DNA of 38,429 bases. Origin: a virus. Positions 31,831 to 38,429 of the stretch are shown here, one piece after another. Position 1 is the first letter of the stretch, and each line of letters starts with the position of its first letter. The translations under genes and the position numbers were made by a program. A model generated the notes under the pieces. That model saw only the letters and a list, made by a program, of their open reading frames with translations. It did not search any database and was not told the origin of the DNA. The DNA lies in the IMG/VR virus record IMGVR_UViG_3300022305_000519. One strand, written 5' to 3'.

Positions 31831-31855
31831 TCAGGATAAACCCTACTGTCTTTAA

Positions 31856-32311
31856 TCACAGCTCCACAACCTCCGGCGCTTTGCTTCTCACTCTGTTTGC
31901 TGTGTTCTGGATGTGTCTTTCGTACTCGCTTAGGCTCACGCTCTTTCTCTGCAAGTGGTGGTACTCGTAGAGGTCGCGCACGGCCTGCAATCCTTCTCCT
32001 GTCAGTCCCATACGTCCTGTCGTCTGAAAACGCTTTGCAGCGGCTTCTAGATGCTCCTGGACACGTTCGCAGCAGTCTATAACCTCTACACCTACTCCTA
32101 ATCGGCTCATTTCCTCTGCAATGTTCATCATGGATGCGATGTGTTGCCAGTCTTGCAGTGTTGCTTTGCCAGTCCTGAATGATTCGATGCTCGACAGTTC
32201 TAGCATACACAGCTTGTCTAGCTTTGATCCGCTTACGATTGCTGCCCCTTCAATAGCGTGCAGGATAGGGTTGATTAGCTGATAGTGCTTGCGCTTTGTC
32301 TGCTTACGCAT
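31856..32311 (-). CDS. Conserved-looking hypothetical phage protein (151 aa)
   Basis: Clean ORF in the nin-like region. No family that I can name with confidence. Confidence 0.7.
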   Translation of the reverse strand: MRKQTKRKHYQLINPILHAIEGAAIVSGSKLDKLCMLELSSIESFRTGKATLQDWQHIASMMNIAEEMSRLGVGVEVIDCCERVQEHLEAAAKRFQTTGRMGLTGEGLQAVRDLYEYHHLQRKSVSLSEYERHIQNTANRVRSKAPEVVEL

Positions 32312-32313
32312 TG

Positions 32314-32481
32314 TTACAGCTTTGCCTTTGCAATTGCTTGTACTGCCTCTAGCTGTGCCACCAAGCCAAGGTTTTGCTGATTCAATTCCGCAATCAGGTT
32401 TGCCTGCTGCTGGGTGAGATTGGCTAGGCTTGAGACTAGCTCCATCATTTTGTCAATCGCTTCTTCTTGATCTGGTGTCAT
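32314..32481 (-). CDS. Small coiled-coil protein (55 aa)
   Basis: ATGA overlap with the NinG stop. Below the track cutoff. Confidence 0.5.
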   Translation of the reverse strand: MTPDQEEAIDKMMELVSSLANLTQQQANLIAELNQQNLGLVAQLEAVQAIAKAKL

Positions 32482-33038
32482 TGCTTTTCCTTCAAGTCTT
32501 TTAGCTTTTGACGGTAAGTTTCTTTGATCTGGATCAATTCTTCACGCTTCCACTTCCTAGGCGTGTTTTCTGTTTCCAGCGCCTCGACTCTCTCTACACC
32601 TATACGCTCAATCAGCCTGATTCTGTAGTCAACCGCATTCCCTGCTTTCCACTGGTTGCACTTGACACATTGAGCATGGCAATTATCTTCGTGGAATCTC
32701 AGGCGTGATGCGCTTCCTACGCTTCGATAGTGGCCTGCATCCCTTCCAGCATGTAGCTCTGTCATTGATCCAGGAGGCTTGCCACACGAAATACAAGGTT
32801 GCTGGCTGTCTCTGCACCTAACCCATACGTTAAACGCTGTCTGAGCCTCTTTTAGTAGCTCTGGAATGGTCTTTATTGCTTCCTTGCGCTTCTTGAATGT
32901 CTCTCGCTCTGCTTTCCTGTCTGCTTTCACCTTTTTGCTGGCACAGATAGGAGAACACACAGACTGCATTGGTCTTGCTGGCATGAACTTGGATAGGCAT
33001 GTTTTGCATACCTTCTCGCGCAGTTCAGTTGTCAGCAA
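32478..33038 (-). CDS. ninG: NinG/Rap-family recombination endonuclease
   Basis: N-terminal CKTCLSKF...CSPICA Zn motif, basic KK/RK stretch, central CISCGK...HYRSVG...RFHEDNCHAQCVKCN block typical of lambda NinG. TTG start. Confidence 0.85.
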   Translation of the reverse strand: MLTTELREKVCKTCLSKFMPARPMQSVCSPICASKKVKADRKAERETFKKRKEAIKTIPELLKEAQTAFNVWVRCRDSQQPCISCGKPPGSMTELHAGRDAGHYRSVGSASRLRFHEDNCHAQCVKCNQWKAGNAVDYRIRLIERIGVERVEALETENTPRKWKREELIQIKETYRQKLKDLKEKQ

Positions 33039-33039
33039 T

Positions 33040-33240
33040 TCAGCCCCCAGCTTTCACAGGTTCTACGCTCGATTTCTTCATACACTTTTCCAAGTCTTGA
33101 GCGATCCCTTGGAATAAACCGCTTTCTGATTTGTCCATTAGGTTTGCCATGTGCCATGCGTGATGCTTGAATCCTTGGTGATTCGCCATGACGATCAGCC
33201 AGTCTAGCTGTTTCTTGTAGGCTTGTTGTTGCCAGTTCAT
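33040..33240 (-). CDS. Hypothetical protein (66 aa, MNWQQQAYKKQLDW...); frame choice is uncertain
   Basis: The ATG follows the upstream stop by 5 nt and the TGA abuts the NinG start. An overlapping alternative frame, 33032-33268 (TTG start), cannot be excluded. Confidence 0.45.
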   Translation of the reverse strand: MNWQQQAYKKQLDWLIVMANHQGFKHHAWHMANLMDKSESGLFQGIAQDLEKCMKKSSVEPVKAGG

Positions 33241-33245
33241 CTTTT

Positions 33246-33425
33246 TTATGCAACACCAATTCCGCCAATTACAAATGCTCCCCACACAAGAAAAATTGCA
33301 GTTACTACTGCATCAATAAAAACATCTTTCATGCTTCTGTATGTGTCTTGTTTGTAAATCTTAAATAGCTTACCAATCAAATCCAAAAAAAGCAGCACAA
33401 AAATTGTGACAATGTAAGTTTTCAT
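33246..33425 (-). CDS. Small two-TM membrane protein (59 aa)
   Basis: Hand translation: MKTYIVTIFVLLFLDLIGKLF...AVVTAIFLVWGAFVIGGIGVA. Just under the track cutoff. Confidence 0.5.
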   Translation of the reverse strand: MKTYIVTIFVLLFLDLIGKLFKIYKQDTYRSMKDVFIDAVVTAIFLVWGAFVIGGIGVA

Positions 33426-33438
33426 ATTTCATTCTCAG

Positions 33439-33549
33439 TTATGCAATATCACCAGTCAAACAAAGTGCCATAGTTATCTCAGCAAGCGTAGGAGTCTTAT
33501 CACCAGCACGCACGCGGGTCAGGATTGATACAGCTTCAAAGTAGCTCAT
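33439..33549 (-). CDS. Very small protein (36 aa)
   Basis: TAATG overlap with the upstream gene. Translation MSYFEAVSILTRVRAGDKTPTLAEITMALCLTGDIA. Confidence 0.35.
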   Translation of the reverse strand: MSYFEAVSILTRVRAGDKTPTLAEITMALCLTGDIA

Positions 33550-33947
33550 TATTTCTCCGTCCAATAGTCATCCCTGATAGGCTCGATACTGTCCTCTAGG
33601 TGTCCTGGCTTGTCTAACCTGTCTGTTAGCCACTTGATCCAGATTACCCATGCTGGAGAACTAAATCCATCACGGCTAAAAATACGCCCAGCAGCGTTGC
33701 TTATCGTTTCGTCTGACCGGCCACCAAAAACACTTGTACAAGCTGTCTGGTCCTTGCTCTTGACGTAGCGATAGACGTAAGCCTCTGACCGAAGCGCTCT
33801 TTGTTTCCAGCCCCGCCACTTGGCAAACCGCATAAACGGATAGTGCCAGAACAGCAACTTCAAGAACCCGACTACATCAGCAATCCAGAACAAGACTAGG
33901 CAGAACAAGCCGGGCCAAAACTTGTGGAAAAGCAGGTCATCTTTCAT
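33549..33947 (-). CDS. Membrane-anchored hypothetical protein (132 aa)
   Basis: N-terminal hydrophobic WPGLFCLVLFWIADVVGFLKLLFW. Confidence 0.65.
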   Translation of the reverse strand: MKDDLLFHKFWPGLFCLVLFWIADVVGFLKLLFWHYPFMRFAKWRGWKQRALRSEAYVYRYVKSKDQTACTSVFGGRSDETISNAAGRIFSRDGFSSPAWVIWIKWLTDRLDKPGHLEDSIEPIRDDYWTEK

Positions 33948-33948
33948 C

Positions 33949-34311
33949 TTATTCTAGAAGTTGCTTCTTTATGTCATCAATCATAGAAAGCGCATACTCT
34001 TGATTGTCGTTAAAAATAGCGTGCTTAAGCTCGTCAAGTTTTGATACTGTATCTCCATACAAAATTGAAACAACTGCTTTTTGTGCTATTTTTTTAGCAT
34101 ATTCATATTGAGCTTTATTTGCAAAAAAATGCGTTTCGATTGTTAGTTTTGTTACGAACTCAAATTGATGAGACAGATTACCAATCTCATCTGGATCAGA
34201 TTGAAAAAAACTAGCGGTTAGTTTTGGTTTTTCTGGTCGAATACGTCCAGCCTCTTTAGTTTCAAACTTTTCATAAAGGTTTTTCATCGCATCCACTCCG
34301 GTTTTAAACAA
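33949..34311 (-). CDS. Hypothetical protein (120 aa), AT-rich gene
   Basis: Clean ORF. Visibly lower G+C than its flanks. Confidence 0.65.
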   Translation of the reverse strand: MFKTGVDAMKNLYEKFETKEAGRIRPEKPKLTASFFQSDPDEIGNLSHQFEFVTKLTIETHFFANKAQYEYAKKIAQKAVVSILYGDTVSKLDELKHAIFNDNQEYALSMIDDIKKQLLE

Positions 34312-34523
34312 GCCATGTAATCATTATTCCGTCTGTCTGTGTACCAGCTAACACAGTGCTTCATTAGCTCTTTCTTTGCCCATTCTCGTGCTTCCTGACG
34401 GGCTTCATATCGCTCTTGAATCCGTCCGTTGTAGTGCGATACCTCATGCGAGATTATCGTCCCTGCAAAGATTCCCGCCATTAGTGATAACCCGCAGCAA
34501 CCGAAAATGTCTGCTTTCCTCAT
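34284..34523 (-). CDS. Membrane-anchored small protein (79 aa)
   Basis: N-terminal hydrophobic FGCCGLSLMAGIFAGTIIS. The start is coupled to the stop of the upstream gene. Confidence 0.6.
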   Translation of the reverse strand: MRKADIFGCCGLSLMAGIFAGTIISHEVSHYNGRIQERYEARQEAREWAKKELMKHCVSWYTDRRNNDYMACLKPEWMR

Positions 34524-34942
34524 TTGAGTGACCAGCTTGCAGAAATATGTAGTACAGCTTGCCCATCCTCTGTAATCTTTACTGGCGATCCAGAAATAAA
34601 GATCGACGGCCCATTTTCAAAAGTGTGCAACCGTACAGAAGGAACTGCCACAAAAGTAACAGGCTTGAAATAACCTGTAACACCTACAAAAGACACGTTC
34701 AGACGATTCCATTCAGGACTTGTCCATCCTGCGTAGTAGGACATTTTGCGGATGGAGTTAAAGTATCCGCCAGCGATATATCCTTTGTCAGTCTGTGCAT
34801 AAAAGCCTAGATTGAAGTCATTTGCACCATAACTAGGATCGTGCCTAGTCAGTGTATGGACTCCAACTGTCTCAACGCTTCCAATATCAAAAGCAAATGA
34901 AAGGCTTGGAATTAGAAGAAGGATTGCAAGTAGCTTTTTCAT
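34520..34942 (-). CDS. Secreted beta-rich protein (140 aa); possibly a small outer-membrane beta-barrel or PagL-like protein
   Basis: Signal peptide MKKLLAILLLIPSLSFA, amphipathic beta-strand patterning, a C-terminal LHISASW (H-x-S), and an AGGAGA RBS. Any enzymatic assignment is speculative. Confidence 0.7.
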   Translation of the reverse strand: MKKLLAILLLIPSLSFAFDIGSVETVGVHTLTRHDPSYGANDFNLGFYAQTDKGYIAGGYFNSIRKMSYYAGWTSPEWNRLNVSFVGVTGYFKPVTFVAVPSVRLHTFENGPSIFISGSPVKITEDGQAVLHISASWSLK

Positions 34943-34965
34943 TTTTTCTCCTGAATTTTAGTTAA

Positions 34966-35115
34966 TTAGTTTTTTCTTGCTTCGTCGCAAATCAACATAA
35001 AAAATAGCAATTGACTGGCACTAATGCTGCTAATCATTTCTTTTTTGCTTACAAATTCATATGCCCATGCTGGAAAATCAACTGAAATAAATACCCAATT
35101 TGGCATATCTTTCAT
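34966..35115 (-). CDS. Small hypothetical protein (49 aa)
   Basis: AGGAG lies 6 nt upstream of the ATG. Below the track cutoff. Confidence 0.5.
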   Translation of the reverse strand: MKDMPNWVFISVDFPAWAYEFVSKKEMISSISASQLLFFMLICDEARKN

Positions 35116-35176
35116 ATTCACTCCTATCTGTTGCTGCGTTATTGCAGTGGGATTCAGTCTATCAGCTAGATTTGTG

Positions 35177-35689
35177 TTAACAATAGGTGTTTACCCTAAG
35201 CAAAAACTCTATAAGCTCGTTCGTCGCTTCTTTCTTATCGCCGCTTCCTACTTTGTTTCTAATCAATCCGTGATGATCTGCAATCAGTCGTATGCATTTT
35301 TCAGCGTTCCCACTCTCTCCAGTGTGTTCGTCTGATTCATCCATGCAGACATATCCTGGCAGTCGATACACAATCCATCCAATGGATTCAAATTCTGCGT
35401 CCCGCTTAGCATCTTTTTCTTTGTCATGATGAAATGCAGCGCCATCGCATTCAATTGCTATTTTCGCAACAGGATTGGCAAAGTCTGCAAAGTACCTTAA
35501 TACCGGATACTGAGGATAAAAAACCGCGTTTACATTCCTTATTTTTTCCCATATCGCAAGCTCGATTGGCGTCATATTTACGAATGCATTCCATGCGTAT
35601 GGCGCAAAAGCCCATTCGTTTCTTTTACAAGCAAGAATTTTTCTCTCTTCATCTTTATAGAAGCGCCTAGCAAGCTCAAAATTGTTCAT
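35177..35689 (-). CDS. DUF559 / Vsr-like (restriction-endonuclease-fold) endonuclease-domain protein
   Basis: FADFANPVAKIAIECDGAAFHHDKEKDAKRDAEFESIGWIVYRLPG matches the DUF559 core (D..p..k.aIE.DG..H....D..Rd..l...Gw.v.R). Confidence 0.7.
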   Translation of the reverse strand: MNNFELARRFYKDEERKILACKRNEWAFAPYAWNAFVNMTPIELAIWEKIRNVNAVFYPQYPVLRYFADFANPVAKIAIECDGAAFHHDKEKDAKRDAEFESIGWIVYRLPGYVCMDESDEHTGESGNAEKCIRLIADHHGLIRNKVGSGDKKEATNELIEFLLRVNTYC

Positions 35690-36507
35690 GCTCTATTCCT
35701 TGCTTGCGCCATTGCATATAGATCTCCTACTGTCTTAAAGCCACTAGACTCCCCTTTAAAAGCTCGCATTACTCTAACCTTGTATGCTGGAAATTGTTCA
35801 TCCATAGCTCTTAAAGGCAATCCAAGTTCTTTTGCCTTAGCGTCTATGCCTGCGGATGTCTCGTGCCATTCACGCACCTCCTGAGCTTGCGGCTTACCAG
35901 GGGAAAACTGCTTTCTTACCCATCCACGCCACGTAGCAGACCAATCAAGTTTTACTCCCTTCGCCCCAGGTATTGCCGTCCAGTAGTCAAGAAAATCCTC
36001 AGCAACACGGCTCGGGTCTAGATCGGGTCTAGTCTGCTTGCAGTATTGGATTTCTTCTGCATTTGGTTTCCAATCTGCTTGGAGGCGTGAGCCGCGATCA
36101 ATACTTGGTTTATGGTTCTTGGTTAGTGGTTTATGGTTAGGTGGCGTTTCGTTCACGACTCGTTCACGGTTCGTGCTGTTTTGCCTACGACTCGTTTCCC
36201 TTTCTTGGGCGATTCGTTTGTTTGTCTCTGCTTTTAAGTGGTATTCGTTGACCTCTTCTTGGATGCGTTTTTGAACGTAAACGCCATCTTCAACTGTGAA
36301 GAACTTGTGCAAAACAAACGCAACAGCCTCTTTTTCCTCTGTTGTAGATGCCCATGTCCATTCGTAGGCTTCTTCAAGAGTAGGGAAGTGTTCACGGTCA
36401 TAGCACGCATCAATCAAAAGCGTGTACGAACCGTGCTGTAGCATTGAAAGCCGTCCGGCCTTCTTGGCGTAATCGCCTAAATTGCGTTTGTAGTAATGCA
36501 TAACCAT
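35686..36507 (-). CDS. Replication protein: DUF1376 (YdaU-like) N-terminal domain with a DnaT-like C-terminal region
   Basis: N-terminus YYKRNLGDYAKKAGRLSMLQHGSYTLLIDACYDRE... is typical of DUF1376. Central DWKPN...DFLDYW...WSATWRGWVRK is typical of the DnaT/primosomal-like DNA-binding region. Confidence 0.7.
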   Translation of the reverse strand: MVMHYYKRNLGDYAKKAGRLSMLQHGSYTLLIDACYDREHFPTLEEAYEWTWASTTEEKEAVAFVLHKFFTVEDGVYVQKRIQEEVNEYHLKAETNKRIAQERETSRRQNSTNRERVVNETPPNHKPLTKNHKPSIDRGSRLQADWKPNAEEIQYCKQTRPDLDPSRVAEDFLDYWTAIPGAKGVKLDWSATWRGWVRKQFSPGKPQAQEVREWHETSAGIDAKAKELGLPLRAMDEQFPAYKVRVMRAFKGESSGFKTVGDLYAMAQARNRA

Positions 36508-36599
36508 TCCAGCGGGACCACATTAAGAAGCTCCGGCAGGCGGTGGACGCGCTTTTCAGGATGGTAGCTACCCCATCCCTAGCCGGGTTCTGTGCGTAA

Positions 36600-36627
36600 A
36601 TTATAGCGATACCGCAAAGATAGTCAA
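36600..36627 (-). promoter_or_regulatory. Strong sigma70-type promoter (TTGACT-16 nt-TATAAT) upstream of the replication gene
   Basis: Minus strand: TTGACT at 36627-36622 and TATAAT at 36605-36600. The leader of about 85 nt contains the hairpin GGATGG..CCATCC. Confidence 0.7.
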
Positions 36628-36860
36628 TACGGCGCATCCGGCCACTTCACCACCCATACCTTATTAGGCTTGTAAACCTTAATCACGCGATAGACGTTCA
36701 GCCCACGATCATTTTTGTGCTTTGTAAGTTTCTCTCCTCTTTGCAGGCTTTCATCAATGCGCTTCCAGGGGCATGTGCTGATGCCTAGTTTAAGAATCTC
36801 CATGTTTGTCATGCCACGTTTCTTAAGAATCTCGATCAGTTGACGGCCTTGTGTTTTCAT
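36624..36860 (-). CDS. Small winged-helix-like protein, paralog 1 (78 aa)
   Basis: Shares GRxLIxxLKxRxMTxxExxxxGISTCPWKRxxExLxxGExL...RGLxxYRV with 37480-37695. Confidence 0.7.
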   Translation of the reverse strand: MKTQGRQLIEILKKRGMTNMEILKLGISTCPWKRIDESLQRGEKLTKHKNDRGLNVYRVIKVYKPNKVWVVKWPDAPY

Positions 36861-37081
36861 GCTGCTTGCTTTCGTAGGATTGCAGGAACTTCATCTGCAT
36901 GATCAAGAAAATCAACAAAATCAGAATCAACAAACCGTGCAGAGCATTCTGATTTATCCACAGCATCCATGATATAGATACGGCCTGCGATTTGATCAGT
37001 GAAGTCTGCCGGGAGTGGCTTGGTAGTGCTGAATTCGATAAGAAGGTATTTCTTGGTGAGGTTTTTCATGTCGGTTAGCAT
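36857..37081 (-). CDS. Hypothetical acidic protein (74 aa)
   Basis: ORF coupled to both neighbours. An alternative ATG lies at 37069. Confidence 0.55.
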   Translation of the reverse strand: MLTDMKNLTKKYLLIEFSTTKPLPADFTDQIAGRIYIMDAVDKSECSARFVDSDFVDFLDHADEVPAILRKQAA

Positions 37082-37422
37082 TTCTGCCCGTAGCTTTTAA
37101 GGTTGCTGTGATCTGATCCTGGTCGCTGGTACTGGCTACCAAACTCGCCGTCACCTCTGACATAAGTAGTACGCTTCCAGTCCAGTTCACGTACTGTAGC
37201 TTTTGCGTCGTTCGTGTCAATAGCGCTTCTACCTAGTACAGTGATATGGTAGATACCGTTTTGCTCGTACAGATAGCCAGATTCAGCCATTTCTGCAAGC
37301 CACTTTTCAACGATTACCGGGCTTGTAATTCGCTCAAGGTTTCCGTGCGTGAAATGCTTGGCGTTGCGGGGGCTGCTGGCGATTGTGGTTAGGACTTGGC
37401 GCTTGCGCTCTGAAAGTTTCAT
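37075..37422 (-). CDS. Putative wHTH DNA-binding protein (115 aa)
   Basis: N-terminus MKLSERKRQVLTTIASSPRNAKHFT...WLAEMAESGYL suggests a MarR/wHTH-like fold. Weak evidence. Confidence 0.5.
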   Translation of the reverse strand: MKLSERKRQVLTTIASSPRNAKHFTHGNLERITSPVIVEKWLAEMAESGYLYEQNGIYHITVLGRSAIDTNDAKATVRELDWKRTTYVRGDGEFGSQYQRPGSDHSNLKSYGQKC

Positions 37423-37479
37423 GTTTCACCTTTACGTCTGTGTAATAGTAGCGGGGAGGGTCTAGGGGCTTGAATTCGC

Positions 37480-37695
37480 TCATTTGCTGCGCCAAATAGT
37501 CTTAGGGCTCACCACCACTCGATAGATGTTGCTAAGGCCACGCTTGCCTACAATCATCAGCGTCTCTCCTTCTTGCAGAGCTTCCCTACATCTTTTCCAA
37601 GGGCAGGTAGAAATGCCGGTCATCTGCATTTCCAGCGTCGTCATAGGACGCTGTTTAAGCAGCTTGATTAGGCGACGGCCTTGGGATTCTTTCAT
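37480..37695 (-). CDS. Small winged-helix-like protein, paralog 2 (71 aa)
   Basis: See 36624-36860; shares the GISTCPWKR core. Confidence 0.7.
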   Translation of the reverse strand: MKESQGRRLIKLLKQRPMTTLEMQMTGISTCPWKRCREALQEGETLMIVGKRGLSNIYRVVVSPKTIWRSK

Positions 37696-37916
37696 ATCTG
37701 AGCCTTTCTGATACGTTTGTTTTTCTCTGCACTAAGCAGAGCATGGGGGTCGAAACTGATCTGTTGCCGTGCTTTGACCTCTGTTACGTGAGAAGCTGAT
37801 CCACGGTTGCGGGTAGATGCTTGTATCTCTTTCACCCATTGCTTGCCAAAGTCGCTAGACTGAGACAGGTCAAAGGCGTTGCCTTCGCTGCGTTTTGTGC
37901 CGTCTTGCCAGTTCAT
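37692..37916 (-). CDS. Hypothetical early protein (74 aa)
   Basis: ATGA-type coupling to both neighbours. Confidence 0.6.
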   Translation of the reverse strand: MNWQDGTKRSEGNAFDLSQSSDFGKQWVKEIQASTRNRGSASHVTEVKARQQISFDPHALLSAEKNKRIRKAQI

Positions 37917-38122
37917 TCTTCCTCCAATATGCTAAGGATTACAACACTCTTGAATCCCTGTGCTTGCGCCTCTTGCTGTGCTGCAATCATGAGTACAGCC
38001 AGTCTAGCTGCGGCCATGTCTTGCGGCTCTGCATAGGTGCATACAAGGTGTTCAGCTTTTGCACGCAACAGGGTTGCTGCGGCATGTTCGGATGATTCGA
38101 ATTTGTTCATGTGATAGAGCAT
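37913..38122 (-). CDS. Hypothetical early protein (69 aa), first gene of the minus-strand early operon
   Basis: ORF adjacent to the divergent control region. An alternative ATG lies at 38110. Confidence 0.6.
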   Translation of the reverse strand: MLYHMNKFESSEHAAATLLRAKAEHLVCTYAEPQDMAAARLAVLMIAAQQEAQAQGFKSVVILSILEEE

Positions 38123-38162
38123 AGACTCTGTTTTTTATCTTGTCTCTAGGTGTTTTCCCTAG

Positions 38163-38190
38163 TTGTCAGACATTTTTAAGCTCCTAGAAT
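38163..38190 (+). promoter_or_regulatory. Sigma70-type promoter (TTGTCA-16 nt-TAGAAT) for the pentapeptide/Erf/SSB operon
   Basis: TTGTCA at 38163-38168 and TAGAAT at 38185-38190, about 27 nt before the ATG at 38217. Confidence 0.6.
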
Positions 38191-38216
38191 AACTCACATC
38201 GCAACTAGGAGTAAAC

Positions 38217-38429
38217 ATGAAACAGAAAATCTTCCATCGTTCCAATAGCGCAGTTATCTTTGAATGTGAAGTGCCTGACGAGAATAGCGGAATGGCAATG
38301 CGCTATGCGCTTGAGAAAGCTACGCAAAGCGGTGCCGACCTGATCGGTGCCGACCTGATCGGTGCCGACCTGATCGGTGCCTACCTGAGCGGTGCCAACC
38401 TGATCGGTGCTTACCTGAGCGGTGCCTAC
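38217..38429 (+). CDS. Pentapeptide-repeat protein, N-terminal part (3'-partial in this window; continues at nt 2/53-559)
   Basis: ATG at 38217 with an AGGAG RBS. Translation [71 protein letters not shown]. The frame runs off the end of the window. Confidence 0.85.
   Translation, partial: MKQKIFHRSNSAVIFECEVPDENSGMAMRYALEKATQSGADLIGADLIGADLIGAYLSGANLIGAYLSGAY
38334..38429 (+). repeat. 15-nt tandem repeat array (start of the pentapeptide array)
   Basis: ggtgccgacctgatc x3, then variant units. The last 52 nt are identical to nt 1-52. Confidence 0.95.

Noticed and set aside
33032-33268. An alternative 78-aa frame (TTG start) overlapping the chosen 33040-33240 CDS
   Set aside because: Not firmly rejected. 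It is ranked lower because it needs a TTG start inside the upstream membrane-protein gene (23-nt overlap), whereas the chosen frame has an ATG 5 nt after the upstream stop. Homology searches or proteomics are needed to decide.

Overview
This window looks like a complete or nearly complete dsDNA phage genome of about 38.4 kb. Nucleotides 1-52 are identical to 38378-38429, which suggests a circularly closed contig. However, the junction lies inside a tandem repeat, so closure and repeat copy number need checking.

Layout:
- Plus-strand early and recombination operon: starts at a sigma70-like promoter (38163-38190) and runs across the junction to 3223. It encodes a pentapeptide-repeat protein, small proteins, an Erf recombinase, SSB and a modular protein.
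- Minus-strand early and replication block (38122 down to about 31800): wHTH paralogs, a DUF1376/DnaT-like replication protein, a DUF559 endonuclease, an AT-rich moron cluster and NinG.
- Accessory island (27.9-31.8 kb): detailed below.
- Minus-strand late block (27749 down to 3265): H-NS-like protein, cupin, TerS-like protein, TerL, P22-like portal, six genes of unknown function, scaffold, major capsid, HNH endonuclease, TPR-glycosyltransferase, methyltransferase, tail adaptor and hub-like proteins, GNAT-like protein, ejection-like proteins, tail fibres, and a lysis cassette with embedded spanins.

No integrase, repressor, tRNA, rRNA, CRISPR array or reverse transcriptase was recognised.

The region most worth follow-up is the accessory island. 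It contains:
- A visibly GC-rich, apparently catalytically intact Thg1-like (TLP) 3'-5' nucleotidyltransferase gene.
- About 720 nt of ORF-free sequence directly upstream of it, rich in inverted repeats. This includes a 14-bp long-range helix that begins right after a perfect TATAAT.
- Two inverted paralogous genes bracketing the island. Their C-termini have been replaced by different pure tandem repeats, 12-nt units in one copy and 6-nt units in the other.

Functional readings of this island are inference only.
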